Of a stretch of 33,063 nt of DNA, positions 18,201 to 28,100 are shown piece after piece. Positions within the stretch are counted from its first letter, which is position 1; each line of letters begins with the position of its first letter. The notes under the pieces were generated by a model that was given only the letters and a program-made list of their open reading frames with translations, had not been told where the DNA came from and did no database searches. The position numbers were made by a program, and so were the translations under genes. This stretch comes from a virus (taxonomy: Duplodnaviria; Caudoviricetes): positions 1 through 33,063 of the IMG/VR virus record IMGVR_UViG_3300020345_000380; one strand, written 5' to 3'.

Positions 18201-21200
18201 AATCTGGTATTGGTAAGATCTGGGTCTGAAGTATCAAATATGAGTTTTTCACCAATAGTACTATAAATTGGTGGGTTATTAGATGAACCAATGCTGATAT
18301 ATCTCGTACCAGAGTTATACTCCATATTGAGTATACTCGATCCAGCAGACACAACGTCAAACTTCACTTCATCAAATCTGTCAAGATGATGAGTTGTTGC
18401 AGTTGATACTGTTACTTCAAATATAGTTGCGTTTGCACGAGGTACTGCTCTATCAGTTCTGAATGAATGACTATTTCCTACACCGATTGTACCATTGAAA
18501 TATATCCTATCATACTGATTATCAATCTGAGATGCTTGAGTTACGATACCAATCAGATCATTACTAATTTTTTGTACAAATAACCCACCTGTAGGTAAGA
18601 ACTGAGTATTAGATCCATTGAATGAATATAATAGATTAGAACCACCAGAAGGAGTATATGTAATAGGATCTCCATGAACAAATGGATGACTAGGTATCCT
18701 AATTGACTTTATTGGAATATATGTGCTTACAAGTGTATTACCAGCACCTATATTTGATACAGTTGTACCAATACCAACACCACCAGTCAATCCAACACCA
18801 ATATTTGTTTGTGCGTCAAAATATACCCTTTCGTTTCTTGGAGTCGCTACATCTAATGGATTATCTAATTCATAAGTAAATTTATTCTCTCTTCTATAAA
18901 TTTCTGCTCTGTCAGTATGGGCAGCACCCGTAGTTCCGTTTATTGCACGATGTAGGGTAATCTTTTGATTGAGATGATCATGTGCAATCACTCTCATCTG
19001 TTCATCACCAACCTGAACAATATCCTGTACTTCAAAGATATCAATACGATCACGTAATGGAATAGATGTTGTCAATCCTGTAGCAAGCAATGAAGTTCCT
19101 AATCCACTTCTAACAAAGTCAACAGAAATATTGAAAGATCCCTCCAACCCAGAATAGATGGTTGAAGATATACCACTAATTTGTACAGGTATTCCATCAG
19201 GATAATCATGCAATCCTGTGGTAACAATACCAGTTACAGTTTTACCTTTAGCAAAGAGTTCTATTCTTTCATTTGTTCTTATTGTTGATGTAAGAACAGT
19301 AGCAGCAGCACCAACAAGTTCAGAGACTTTACCAAATGCTCCAAAACCATTGGTATTACTATTGTCAAATGTTAATTTATCACCTATATTATATCCACTA
19401 CCACCTTCTAGAATTTTTACATTATCGATAGTTCCTTTCTTAGTATTTTTTATCTGAGCAACACTTGTCTTAACTTTAGAATCTTGAGCGATAAACTCAT
19501 AGTCTGTAATATTATATTTGTTAGTATTTCTAACTAATCCACTAGGTAATGTGTCTTGTGTAGACGCATATTCATTATTATAAGAATTTAATTTAGAATG
19601 ATAAGTATCACCGACAATATATGGGAATAATGGTTCCCTTCTGTTATAGAAAGGACTTAGTGGTGAAGTTATTACTGAAGAAGATTCTGTAATGTAGTAT
19701 GCATATACACCATTTGGATACTCTGGTGTAGCAGCAAATCTACCATTATGCTCATCTAAGTCGCCAAACCCTTCTATAAACTCAAAGTCTTCTATAAAGA
19801 AACCTGCTCCAAATTCACTTAGATCTGGACCATTTGTTCTAGAACCTGTAATTTTAGCGTAACTTGGTTCAAGATATTTTAATGGACCTATTCCACTTGG
19901 ATTTTCTGTCGCATAAGGACCATATATTGGATGACCATCATACGCCCATCCTAGTATTGGAGAGTGCTTGGTGCCATCATCTCCCACATATTCACGTAAT
20001 TTTCTAGAAGCATAGTAATTTACATACGGATATCCGTTATCAGAGTCTTTAAACTCGCCATAAAAACCATCATCATCCTTTACATCACCAAATTTAGCGT
20101 ATCTTTCTACATCATTTATTGTCCATTGATTTAGATTAGCGGATAATATGGCACCTTCACCTGGTGTTTCTGCAGTTACAGTAGTTCCATTTTCAGTATA
20201 TCCTCCACCTGCAGTAATTACATCAACTGCTATAACCTTTCCATTAGAAATTCTCGCTTTTAGTTTCGCACCAACACCATCACCATTGACAATGATGTTA
20301 GGGATACTAAAGAAGTCCTTACCACCACTCTTGATTATAACAGAATCAATTCTACCATTGAGAATAATTGGATCAAACGATGCTTTTGAACCTTCGACTA
20401 TAACTACATCTGGTCTATAATTATCATTGATTATAACTGATCCAAAACGACTACCTTTACTCTTCACATGAACATTATCAACTTTTCCTCTTACTATTGG
20501 AGTAGCAGTTGCATTTGCTGTTGAAATTCCTTGTGCTCCATCAATTGTTACTGAAATTGGGGGATAATTGAATGAATGTGTTCCAGAACCTTCATTAGTA
20601 ATTCTTACATAATCTACAAGAGATGTTGATATAGAAACCCTAAACGAATTATCAGTAATCTTTATAACATAGTAATCATTTCCAGATGTAAGACCAGTAA
20701 CACCTGTTTGATCAGATCCACCATATCTGATAATATCACCAGATGAATAATGATGATTGGGTGCAGTAATAACACTTGTCCATGTATTGATACCAACCGC
20801 ATCCATAGTATTCTCCCTGTTGGAGAATGTAGTAGCAGATAAGATTTCAATCTTATCGACTGTTAGTCTAGAAAGTTTCGTCTCAAATTTATGAAGTCCA
20901 CCTCCATTAGATGTGATAGGAAGTGTTGTGACACCGACCAATGCATCGTTACGGGTTTTGGCAAGTGATATGGTATAGTCATCATTCTTAATGACAAAAT
21001 AGTTTGATCTGTCAATAAGATTTCCTGGAGTAGTGCCAATACCAATGGTTGTTGAACCATCTGTTCCGTAAATGATTTCTTCACCATGTTTGAATCCATG
21101 TGCTTCAGGGAATGTGAATTTGTTGGTAGATGTATTCAAAATACCACCAACAGTAGTACTATCGAATGAAACTTCCCTTGGAGAAAGTTTCATTTTTGCT

Positions 21201-23476
21201 TCAGCAGAAGCTCTTCCATTTCCACCTTCTATCTTTACCGCAGGAGTGATACTATAATCAACACCTGGAGAGTCCACTAGGATCTCCTCAAAGGTGCCTG
21301 AAACGTGAGCAACGATAGATGCACCAACTCCACTATGACCTGCTTGTTGGACGGATAAACGAGGTGGGTTGACTAGATCATATGAAGATCCAGTATTCAA
21401 GACATCTACGCTTTGTACAGCACCATAAAAAACTTTATCTGATGATTTGTATGAATAACTTTCTACACCGTTAACAAAAAGACCTACACCAGATCCAGAT
21501 GCTACAGAATCCTTAGTTTCAGAAAATTCTGGGTTATCAAACTTACGAAGTAGTCTTTGTGAGCCAATAGTCCCAAAACCAACAGCATATGGTGTAAGTG
21601 TATGTTCGGTATTGGATCCTATATCAGCACTATCAAATACGTAGATATAATTCCCTCTACGAGCGTTCTCTGCCGATAAGGAGAGGTAAAATGACGAAGA
21701 GTTCAGTTTGGTCACATAATATGATTGACCCGTGTTCAAACCGACTACAGGGGATCCTGAAGTTACAGGATTGTATATTACAACGTCACCATGATGTAAA
21801 TTATGTTCAGGTATCTGTACATCTTGAGTTCTGGTAGATATACCCGAAGTATTGAAGGATCTTATACGTTTCTGAGGGTCAATATTCCAATGAGGTAAAC
21901 TGTTTGCTGCTACAACAACAGTATCGTCAAGTTTATAAGTATTTTGAACGTTTGCTACAGATCCATACTTAGTTTTGATTTTTTGACGAATAAAATAATT
22001 TTTACCTGCAATAAGTGTTGGTGAAATGATAAAAACTGTAGTATCATCCAATACACCAGTAATTGAACCATCAAAAACAACACCATCCTCATCTATAACA
22101 TATATCTCGTCAGATGCAATATAATTATGCTTTTCGGTAAGAATTAATTCAAAACTATTCGCTGAAAGTTGTTTCCAATCATTAACTACGTGTTTAGTAG
22201 ATATATTTTCTAACCATTCGGTATATCTAACTCCAATCTCTTCTGTACCGATAGATTTTATCTTATATTCACTACCTTTCTGCTGAGAAATAGCATCTCC
22301 CTCAAAACCAGTAATAGAATTCAATATTCTTAGTTTTACGGTTTTTCTTAGATCACCATCCCCATAAGATATTGCATCTACACTAGAATCGACTACTGAA
22401 CCAATAGGAGCAGAAGTATAACCTACGACATTTATAAATTCTGTCAGAGATTTGTCTGTGTATGTAAATTTACTACGACCAATTACAAAATCTCCAGATT
22501 TAGCAAATCCTACTGTAGAATCTACAGTTACAGTAGTAGCAGCAAGTGATACAGGTTGAGTTGTATAAGATCTATTAGTTACTTTGAATGTTCCATCAAT
22601 AGTATCAGTAGACAGACGGATTTTATAATATGTGTTATTATTGAGAATTATTTTTTCTACCTGATACACAGATGCACTCGCATCACCTTGTGTAATAGGT
22701 TGTGATACAATATCTTCAGGTTTACCTGATATTTTTTCACATACTAAAACGTCATTTACGATATATTCCGCATCAGATGGTTTGAACAGGTATTCCTGTG
22801 GTCTAAACATCACAACATTTTCATCATATAAAGTTCTGAACAATATTCTGAATGCTTCTTCAGTACCTTTTGAAGAATAGAAATCCTTGACCTGTCTAAG
22901 GAAATTTGATGTGTTTAGATTTCCAGTAAATGATCTATCTTCAAAACCAGGACTTATCTGATTCTTAAGTTTCTTGAAAAAGGACTGTAGGAAAGTATTA
23001 CTTAGATTTTTTACTTGAGCATCTGCAGCATGAGTAGCAATGCCTGTATTTGTAAAGGTAAGATGCTCTGGAGCGTTAGTTTTTTGATTATTTTCAATTC
23101 CACTAAAACCACGAATACATCCGTTGAATGATGTAGTTCCAATACCCGTATATGTTATTATTTCATCATCAATCTTGAGTAAACCCCATTTCTGTGGCCA
23201 ACCTTTGGTAGAATCAACGTATATTGTCGTATCACGACCAAAAACGAAACTTGCAGTCGAAGTAACACCTGTTAGATTGTCAGGTGTGAGAAAATCTAGA
23301 CTCTTATAGTCAGAAAGGTTTTCAGCAATATCAATTGTACCACCTTGGTACTCTTGAGAAATGTAGTATTGCTTTAGAAATTCTCCAAATAAAGGATTAT
23401 CAGAATCAATCGCTTCTGGGATTTGACTCTGTACTACCTCGTGTATTTTTACTCTAGAAAGTGAAGTTCCGATCAT
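15290..23476 (-). CDS. gp7: Baseplate wedge initiator gp7-like giant protein (N-terminal/main portion) with a YHYH-type domain
   Basis: N-terminal RVKI..VV.SQIPE.I..D.PLF.EFLKQYYISQEYQG and KDFYSSKGT.E.F.ILFR.LY; HSPILGWAYDGHPIYGPY...DLDEHNGRF..TPEYPNGVYAYY at about 19690-19975; RIQDNDYYQ.FAYSLKS...HPAGFK; follows gp6. Confidence 0.85.
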   Translation of the reverse strand: MIGTSLSRVKIHEVVQSQIPEAIDSDNPLFGEFLKQYYISQEYQGGTIDIAENLSDYKSLDFLTPDNLTGVTSTASFVFGRDTTIYVDSTKGWPQKWGLLKIDDEIITYTGIGTTSFNGCIRGFSGIENNQKTNAPEHLTFTNTGIATHAADAQVKNLSNTFLQSFFKKLKNQISPGFEDRSFTGNLNTSNFLRQVKDFYSSKGTEEAFRILFRTLYDENVVMFRPQEYLFKPSDAEYIVNDVLVCEKISGKPEDIVSQPITQGDASASVYQVEKIILNNNTYYKIRLSTDTIDGTFKVTNRSYTTQPVSLAATTVTVDSTVGFAKSGDFVIGRSKFTYTDKSLTEFINVVGYTSAPIGSVVDSSVDAISYGDGDLRKTVKLRILNSITGFEGDAISQQKGSEYKIKSIGTEEIGVRYTEWLENISTKHVVNDWKQLSANSFELILTEKHNYIASDEIYVIDEDGVVFDGSITGVLDDTTVFIISPTLIAGKNYFIRQKIKTKYGSVANVQNTYKLDDTVVVAANSLPHWNIDPQKRIRSFNTSGISTRTQDVQIPEHNLHHGDVVIYNPVTSGSPVVGLNTGQSYYVTKLNSSSFYLSLSAENARRGNYIYVFDSADIGSNTEHTLTPYAVGFGTIGSQRLLRKFDNPEFSETKDSVASGSGVGLFVNGVESYSYKSSDKVFYGAVQSVDVLNTGSSYDLVNPPRLSVQQAGHSGVGASIVAHVSGTFEEILVDSPGVDYSITPAVKIEGGNGRASAEAKMKLSPREVSFDSTTVGGILNTSTNKFTFPEAHGFKHGEEIIYGTDGSTTIGIGTTPGNLIDRSNYFVIKNDDYTISLAKTRNDALVGVTTLPITSNGGGLHKFETKLSRLTVDKIEILSATTFSNRENTMDAVGINTWTSVITAPNHHYSSGDIIRYGGSDQTGVTGLTSGNDYYVIKITDNSFRVSISTSLVDYVRITNEGSGTHSFNYPPISVTIDGAQGISTANATATPIVRGKVDNVHVKSKGSRFGSVIINDNYRPDVVIVEGSKASFDPIILNGRIDSVIIKSGGKDFFSIPNIIVNGDGVGAKLKARISNGKVIAVDVITAGGGYTENGTTVTAETPGEGAILSANLNQWTINDVERYAKFGDVKDDDGFYGEFKDSDNGYPYVNYYASRKLREYVGDDGTKHSPILGWAYDGHPIYGPYATENPSGIGPLKYLEPSYAKITGSRTNGPDLSEFGAGFFIEDFEFIEGFGDLDEHNGRFAATPEYPNGVYAYYITESSSVITSPLSPFYNRREPLFPYIVGDTYHSKLNSYNNEYASTQDTLPSGLVRNTNKYNITDYEFIAQDSKVKTSVAQIKNTKKGTIDNVKILEGGSGYNIGDKLTFDNSNTNGFGAFGKVSELVGAAATVLTSTIRTNERIELFAKGKTVTGIVTTGLHDYPDGIPVQISGISSTIYSGLEGSFNISVDFVRSGLGTSLLATGLTTSIPLRDRIDIFEVQDIVQVGDEQMRVIAHDHLNQKITLHRAINGTTGAAHTDRAEIYRRENKFTYELDNPLDVATPRNERVYFDAQTNIGVGLTGGVGIGTTVSNIGAGNTLVSTYIPIKSIRIPSHPFVHGDPITYTPSGGSNLLYSFNGSNTQFLPTGGLFVQKISNDLIGIVTQASQIDNQYDRIYFNGTIGVGNSHSFRTDRAVPRANATIFEVTVSTATTHHLDRFDEVKFDVVSAGSSILNMEYNSGTRYISIGSSNNPPIYSTIGEKLIFDTSDPDLTNTRLDLFLDQEYTKKFVGTGISAIERVDNLVPGITSARTTLHLTRNIPDVLYYKFTSTSPAKTVYVDEDVTDYGKIIIQESEFSGTHSLTTSTGRTFKFFTGGIPEKVGYTSESYINYTTSSKTARGSVSKVALTEGGVRYDELPKVSIASTTGQSAVLLAETESAGQLLTTDILEFGYDHPSDPTLVPYAAVPNIISLRDNFSIDNVAITSTGSKYLSAPDIVVYNNITDSLNTSVELVANLEGTSVNSVRIINSGGNLKSTDNQVLAINNSNGVGIISATYSDPTVTLRLKTPSGGFTTALPLPFAIGDEIFVENIGVSTGNGYNSSDYGYNFFSVTGVNTNPGLVDQATITYKIDQNPGFHDRLGFGVVTRKSDIAQFKLELKEGVFFAGEEIYTDNAFTNISEGKDSSTNIIRVDSLVGFNTGDLVRGRQSRASGIVEDMNSNTGKFTVGPMLKRSFGWEKDTGKTSEYFQRIQDNDYYQNFAYSLKSLVGISSWGEPVDSLAHPAGFKKHSDLLVPSVGAVGLGASSHVQALDQSISSLVLIDNSSKVYCKHDFDLVRELTDEAQTKSDKVVFQSNKFGNALICKTNRVLEIDDISPQFYSDPDINRGIDLDIWDVDKVSAVKYYAQIVLDVSSGIAYNETQYSEFVVSHNGTVAMVNQYSDLADSFDLGDFNADLSVGGQVTVSFVPYNSTFIYDITFYKEVLDQGIGIGTTSYGGVKKVGVSSYVAPSGSPSTQIIQSIDAEQFKSGTVFVAVDSPNEKEVLEASFVGVGSTAQYIEFGKMKEDMDLGTFNVGMTTTNNMQIKFTPVAGIGVTISTLATLVGVATTAVGTGIPAGSYEVGDAQLQSSRTEIAASGTPSATNISNLTYNNYTSIKYYVEIQNVTNNEYSAFHVAANAYGGDSNSVKWGNVSTGLTATRDINNTDITISAPNVLLQFTPMENRTYIVRVSEIRIDKPDDVANDTTIKY

Positions 23477-23491
23477 TTATTATAAGAGCTA

Positions 23492-25417
23492 CTACGATGA
23501 TGATGAAGATATTTCACTTGTGCTAGTTATAACAGCACCACGGACTTTATTTCCGTTTGCATAACTTGATTGAGGAGCAAATCTTGTTCCTGAGAGATTT
23601 GCACCCGAAGCAATGACATCTTGTTTCATAGTGAAGTCACTTTTAGGCAAACTTAGTTGCAAAAATAATTCTTTTCTTGCAAGAACATCGTTTGATGTTG
23701 GAATTGCTTCAATTTCAATAATATTTTCAGGTAACAGTGTAGATGTTATATTTACAGTGTTTATCAAGACCTCACCCTTCTTATAATTGACAGTTCCAAA
23801 CGATGAAGAAATTATTTCAACTTCTGTATCAGAAGTAATCTTGAATAAGAAGAGATTTCCAATATCCGACCCTTCTACAGTCTTATCAGCAAGATATACT
23901 GTTCCTTGTACGCCAAAAACACTAAATCCAGTACTTTTGATGTTGTAAGAGTCTAATTCACGATAAAATTCATTATCAAAGCATAATTCATACTGTGCAA
24001 AGGTGTTTATACGTGATTTTAGGTTTCTTCTAATTTTTACAGTCGTAATATTTGATGTAATTGAGGTATCAACTCCATCAATCAACGAAAGCATCTTAGA
24101 ATACTTGAATCTACCGCCAAATTTGTTTAATTCTGCAGAAGAAGAGTACTTAGTAATCGCATCTACAACACTTGCCTTGAGATTTAGGGGATTTCCCGTA
24201 AAATTAGTGTTATAATAAATGTAACTATCCAATTCAACGTATAAAAACTTCAAATCTATGAAAGATGGGACAATTCCAGCAACAGAATAACTCTTTAGCG
24301 AGTTCAAAAGTTGCTTTTTAGTGGAATCTGCTAAAAAATTACCATTTCTAGGTTTTGCAGCGATAAAAACACGCCCAAATTGAGGTGGATTTAGATCTTC
24401 ACCACCAAAAGCACTCACAGATTCTATATTTGGGTATAATGAAGGTAAAATCGCCTCATAATCCGTTGCAGTTACCGCACGATTCTGTGAAGCATACCTT
24501 CTTGGAGCGTAATTTCTTATACTTTGAACATCTTCTATACTATCACCATTCTCAGCAGGGGTTTTACAATACAAATTCGCTCTATATGATGTAACGTCTG
24601 CTCCATTCTCATCCTTTACCAAACCTGAAAAGTTAAAATTATCTGCTCCATTACCATCAGCACCTTCTGTAACAATATAGGATGCATTTATTATATTCCC
24701 AGATTCCAATTTCTTACCAAAGATACCATCTCCAAACAATATTTCATATTTTTCATCACTAGTCTCTTGAAGTAAGTAGATATTAGACTCTGAGGTAACT
24801 CCAACGATACTATCAACCAAGTTATATTCGGTTGAAGTAGTAGAACTTGCAGCGTCTTGAATCCTAATTCGTAAAGTGGATGTATCAATATTATCATTTG
24901 GTAAAACATAACGCTGATTTGGTTGAGAAGTGTTTACAGACCATTGTTTTTCTAGATATTGACCCTGAAATATTTCTATTACACCCGAAGATATTCCATA
25001 ATCAGATACTGATACAATCTTTTCTGGTAATGAATATATGTAATTACTATTGTTTATACCTGCATTCGCTATTACACCAGGCTGAAGAGTAATGGATGAG
25101 TTTGTTGTTGATATACCTGTAATTTCATACTCTACCAATGCCCTTGCTGCCCTTTTAGATCTAGGTACATAACCAATATTTCTTGCTAACGAAACTATAT
25201 TTTCTCTTAGAGTCGCAGAATCTATAAAAGATTCATTTGCAACCATATTTGTATTATATGCTGTAATATAAGAATTATATGCTAACGTATTGATAAGTAC
25301 TGAAAGATTTGACCCTTCAAAGTCAAAATCAGAAAAATTAGAATTTTCTCGTAAATAATCCTTAATCGAGGTTTTTATGTCCTCAAAATTTAGATTTGTG
25401 AATTGAGTTAGAGCCAT
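23492..25417 (-). CDS. gp6: Baseplate wedge subunit gp6
   Basis: L.F.DIK.SIKDYLR...FSDFDFEGSNLS.LI..LAYN.Y, SATLRENIVSLAR.IGY.P.S, YEILFGDGIFGK, QNRAVT..DY motifs. Confidence 0.93.
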   Translation of the reverse strand: MALTQFTNLNFEDIKTSIKDYLRENSNFSDFDFEGSNLSVLINTLAYNSYITAYNTNMVANESFIDSATLRENIVSLARNIGYVPRSKRAARALVEYEITGISTTNSSITLQPGVIANAGINNSNYIYSLPEKIVSVSDYGISSGVIEIFQGQYLEKQWSVNTSQPNQRYVLPNDNIDTSTLRIRIQDAASSTTSTEYNLVDSIVGVTSESNIYLLQETSDEKYEILFGDGIFGKKLESGNIINASYIVTEGADGNGADNFNFSGLVKDENGADVTSYRANLYCKTPAENGDSIEDVQSIRNYAPRRYASQNRAVTATDYEAILPSLYPNIESVSAFGGEDLNPPQFGRVFIAAKPRNGNFLADSTKKQLLNSLKSYSVAGIVPSFIDLKFLYVELDSYIYYNTNFTGNPLNLKASVVDAITKYSSSAELNKFGGRFKYSKMLSLIDGVDTSITSNITTVKIRRNLKSRINTFAQYELCFDNEFYRELDSYNIKSTGFSVFGVQGTVYLADKTVEGSDIGNLFLFKITSDTEVEIISSSFGTVNYKKGEVLINTVNITSTLLPENIIEIEAIPTSNDVLARKELFLQLSLPKSDFTMKQDVIASGANLSGTRFAPQSSYANGNKVRGAVITSTSEISSSSS

Positions 25418-25821
25418 TATAGTCTAGTCGGTTCTAAGATGAAATTGATGATTTGTGTAGGCAAGGACAAACCAACGACATTATAATGAATCTCAATATT
25501 TAGAGTGTTTAGATCTGCTATGGATTCTACTCTCACATCTTTCAGATCTACTCTGGGTTCATAATTGGTTATTACAGTTTCAATTTCTGTTTGAATTGGT
25601 TCAACTAAATCATCAGTTGCTAATTCAAACAATGATCCAGTAATTCTAGTGCCAATAGTATCATTGAAAAATACTTCTCCTACTCTTGTTCTTACTAAAT
25701 TCTGCACTGCACGCTTGATTGCATCAGTGTTCTTTAGTAGGACAAGATCATTTGTTATTGGATGACGTTTGAAGGATAATGAAATATCCTTGAAACCCCT
25801 TGATAACGATTTGAGAGGCAC
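25417..25821 (-). CDS. gp25: Baseplate wedge subunit gp25 (GPW/gp25 family)
   Basis: FKDISLSF.RHP.T.DL..L.N..AIKRAV.NLV.T..GE..F....G, NYEPRV; GTG start; overlaps the gp6 start. Confidence 0.92.
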   Translation of the reverse strand: MPLKSLSRGFKDISLSFKRHPITNDLVLLKNTDAIKRAVQNLVRTRVGEVFFNDTIGTRITGSLFELATDDLVEPIQTEIETVITNYEPRVDLKDVRVESIADLNTLNIEIHYNVVGLSLPTQIINFILEPTRL

Positions 25822-25840
25822 TTTTTATATAATACTCGTG

Positions 25841-25857
25841 TATTTAGTGCTATTTAG
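25841..25857 (-). promoter_or_regulatory. Tandem late promoter motifs (two CTAAATA, 10 nt apart) upstream of gp25
   Basis: Plus-strand tatttag at 25841-25847 and 25851-25857; the second includes the stop codon of 25854-26420. Confidence 0.65.
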
Positions 25858-26420
25858 ATAACTTTGAGAAGGTAATCGGCAATCTTACTATGTTCTTCTT
25901 TATTTGGATGTCCACCCCTATGTTTATAACCTAGTATATCCTTCCAAATGCATGTAATTTTTGATCTACACAAAGAACTCCAATGTCCACGATGCAACTC
26001 AATATCGCAGTCAGCGAAAAGAATTATATGCTTTAGATTATTGAGATAACAAAACTGCTCAAAGATAAAAACATTTTTGAAAAGGTTTTCCATTTGATGC
26101 TGCTCATTATTTACCTCACCATAATAACTCCTCATCTGTCTACGATAAGAGACTATCTTCATCTGTCTCTGCAATGAAAACTTCTGAGGACCATCCTTTG
26201 TAAAGTATTCAATACGACTCGGAACAGTCAACTGTAATACTATAGGTTGAATTGGTTGTGAAGATACTACTCTTCTTACAATGGCATCATTACTAATACC
26301 ACAAAGTGATATGTTATTCTCAGGGACACCGATTGTATCTGCCACAATCTTACTAAATCTATCTTCTTCCCTGTTTTCAAGTTCATCACCCCATGTGATG
26401 CTACATCCACTAAAAATCAT
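25854..26420 (-). CDS. SGNH/GDSL-like hydrolase or acyltransferase (copy 2)
   Basis: Block I GCSITWG, block II G.SN, C-terminal GGHPN...H..IA. Confidence 0.75.
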   Translation of the reverse strand: MIFSGCSITWGDELENREEDRFSKIVADTIGVPENNISLCGISNDAIVRRVVSSQPIQPIVLQLTVPSRIEYFTKDGPQKFSLQRQMKIVSYRRQMRSYYGEVNNEQHQMENLFKNVFIFEQFCYLNNLKHIILFADCDIELHRGHWSSLCRSKITCIWKDILGYKHRGGHPNKEEHSKIADYLLKVI

Positions 26421-26680
26421 AATGGTGGATACTCCTCACTTTTCACTTTTTCAGTTTTCATAGTTTCAAATTCTTTCATCAAACGTGCTACTTGTTTCCT
26501 ATCAAGTCCATCCATCTTCTCACAGTTCTCCAAGCAGCGATAGATACACTCCCTATCACTTATAGGTGGTTTGATTTCCCACCCTTGATCATCATAATAT
26601 TTCTTACCCTTAGTGACTGTTGCCTCCACATGTCCAAGGTCTTGTGCCTCGGAAGGGTTCTTATAATTATGTTTTGTCAT
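26417..26680 (-). CDS. Hypothetical protein
   Basis: 87-aa ORF with ATGA overlaps at both ends; CxxxCxxxC cysteine spacing. Confidence 0.65.
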   Translation of the reverse strand: MTKHNYKNPSEAQDLGHVEATVTKGKKYYDDQGWEIKPPISDRECIYRCLENCEKMDGLDRKQVARLMKEFETMKTEKVKSEEYPPL

Positions 26681-26919
26681 GGGAAAGACGCTTCAGGAAA
26701 ATCATATGGTCCCTGTAACTTTTTTTGATATTCTCTTTCATCTAGAACCTCATTGATGAGATCCTTTAGTTCTTGCCTTAGTTTAGGTTCAAGTAATGGT
26801 AAGGGTGTAGGATTGAATGGTGGATAAATGGGTTCACCATTCTCATCTTTGGGATATATGTTATCGGTACATCCCTCAGTAGCAGGACCACTCAGTCCTT
26901 GTGTGTCAATCTTACTCAT
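26677..26919 (-). CDS. Hypothetical protein
   Basis: 80-aa ORF with ATGA overlaps at both ends; Pro-rich linker followed by an amphipathic helix (ELKDLINEVLDER). Confidence 0.65.
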   Translation of the reverse strand: MSKIDTQGLSGPATEGCTDNIYPKDENGEPIYPPFNPTPLPLLEPKLRQELKDLINEVLDEREYQKKLQGPYDFPEASFP

Positions 26920-27062
26920 AGTGTAAGTTCAGTAATTTTATCTCGCCAGTACTGGCGGTCTTCATCAGTTATCCAAGGATTATGTTTCTGGACATGGGCA
27001 TGTTGTAACCACTGCTCATTAGTCCAATCTTTTCTTGGTCCTAGATGATCTTTAAGTGTCAT
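26916..27062 (-). CDS. Small Trp/His-rich hypothetical protein, 48 aa (not in the ORF track)
   Basis: MTLKDHLGPRKDWTNEQWLQHAHVQKHNPWITDEDRQYWRDKITELTL*; ATGA overlap with the next gene; fills the gap exactly. Confidence 0.65.
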   Translation of the reverse strand: MTLKDHLGPRKDWTNEQWLQHAHVQKHNPWITDEDRQYWRDKITELTL

Positions 27063-27078
27063 ACTACTAATTATACAC

Positions 27079-27105
27079 AAAAAAAAGGAGCAGTGTACTG
27101 CTCCC
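27079..27105 (-). terminator. Rho-independent terminator
   Basis: Minus strand reads GGAGCAG-TACA-CTGCTCC followed by an 8-T run, immediately after the stop at 27106. Confidence 0.85.
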
Positions 27106-27267
27106 TTAATCTTCTATACCTAAGTATTTGACTTCTATATCATCAGGGTGTGGTGTTCCACATTCATAGAATTGTGCCGCTAGATCTTGCGTCACATCGA
27201 GCATTTCCTCTTCATTGATGTTGGAATGGGTTTTCTCACCCTGCAAGTATATATCGTATTTTTCCAT
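27106..27267 (-). CDS. Acidic microprotein, 53 aa (not in the ORF track); paralogue-like to 31073-31228
   Basis: MEKYDIYLQGEKTHSNINEEEMLDVTQDLAAQFYECGTPHPDDIEVKYLGIED*; lies between the glycosyltransferase-like gene and the terminator. Confidence 0.7.
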   Translation of the reverse strand: MEKYDIYLQGEKTHSNINEEEMLDVTQDLAAQFYECGTPHPDDIEVKYLGIED

Positions 27268-27301
27268 TGTAAGTTGTATTGTCTGGACTACACAACATTA
27301 C

Positions 27302-28066
27302 TTATATAACTCGCATCTTCTCGTGTCCTACACGGATAGTTGGATCACACCAAATCTCGAACCCTGCTTTGATAGCATCAAGACAGAAAGAAACGTCTTC
27401 ACCACACATATCCTGAACTTTTCCTGATTCAAATACCTGCATTTGAGGAGCAAACCAAGGGTACTTCATATCAGGATGTTCAAACACACCCTTTTTGATC
27501 ATAACCCATCCAAATCCAGTGTAATCAACTGTAAATGGTTTGCGACGTTTTGTAATACCATCAACCATCTCATGATTCATAACTCCACCATTCTCTGCGA
27601 AGTCATCCTCTTCTAACCAGTGAGCAACAGATGTAGTACGTCCATCTTCAGTTACATACCATCCAGCAGCAATATCCTTGTCCATCCATACAAGTTTGTA
27701 GAATGCTTCTAGGTTGAATACAATATCACTATCAATCCATAACTGATAATCATATTCTAGTTTACCATCCCAAGGAAGTTGATCTGCTCCTCGTAAGACA
27801 TTTGCACCTAAACACTTACAACGTGCAAAGTTGACCATTGAGGAATAGTCTTGAGAGATCTGGATGGTTGCTCCCTGCTGTACCAACTCAAAACAGAGTG
27901 ATACGAAATTCTTTAAGTAAGTATAAGAGACTTGTCTGCCAGGTAAGCAAAATACAATTGCTTTACCTTTGATCAATTTTCTTGCTTCTTCTACAGAAAA
28001 TTCTGTTGTGTCTCCACCACCACTAGTAGGTGGAGGGGTGGTTACCACCTTGAATCCTTTTGCCAT
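27302..28066 (-). CDS. Glycosyltransferase-like protein (GT-A fold, GT2-like)
   Basis: DYQLWIDSDIVF (DxD motif), VDYTGFGWVMIKKGVFE, GEDVSFC and G.EIWCDP.IRVGHEK. Confidence 0.8.
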   Translation of the reverse strand: MAKGFKVVTTPPPTSGGGDTTEFSVEEARKLIKGKAIVFCLPGRQVSYTYLKNFVSLCFELVQQGATIQISQDYSSMVNFARCKCLGANVLRGADQLPWDGKLEYDYQLWIDSDIVFNLEAFYKLVWMDKDIAAGWYVTEDGRTTSVAHWLEEDDFAENGGVMNHEMVDGITKRRKPFTVDYTGFGWVMIKKGVFEHPDMKYPWFAPQMQVFESGKVQDMCGEDVSFCLDAIKAGFEIWCDPTIRVGHEKMRVI

Positions 28067-28100
28067 TACGTGAATACTTTTTCAATTCATTATATGCGAT

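Noticed and set aside
4795-25092. Short alternative-frame ORFs inside VrlC-like, gp7-like and gp6 genes (e.g. 4795-5010, 6523-6768, 13248-13433, 20863-21099, 24691-24909)
   Set aside because: Fully nested in long, well-supported genes, with no recognisable motifs.
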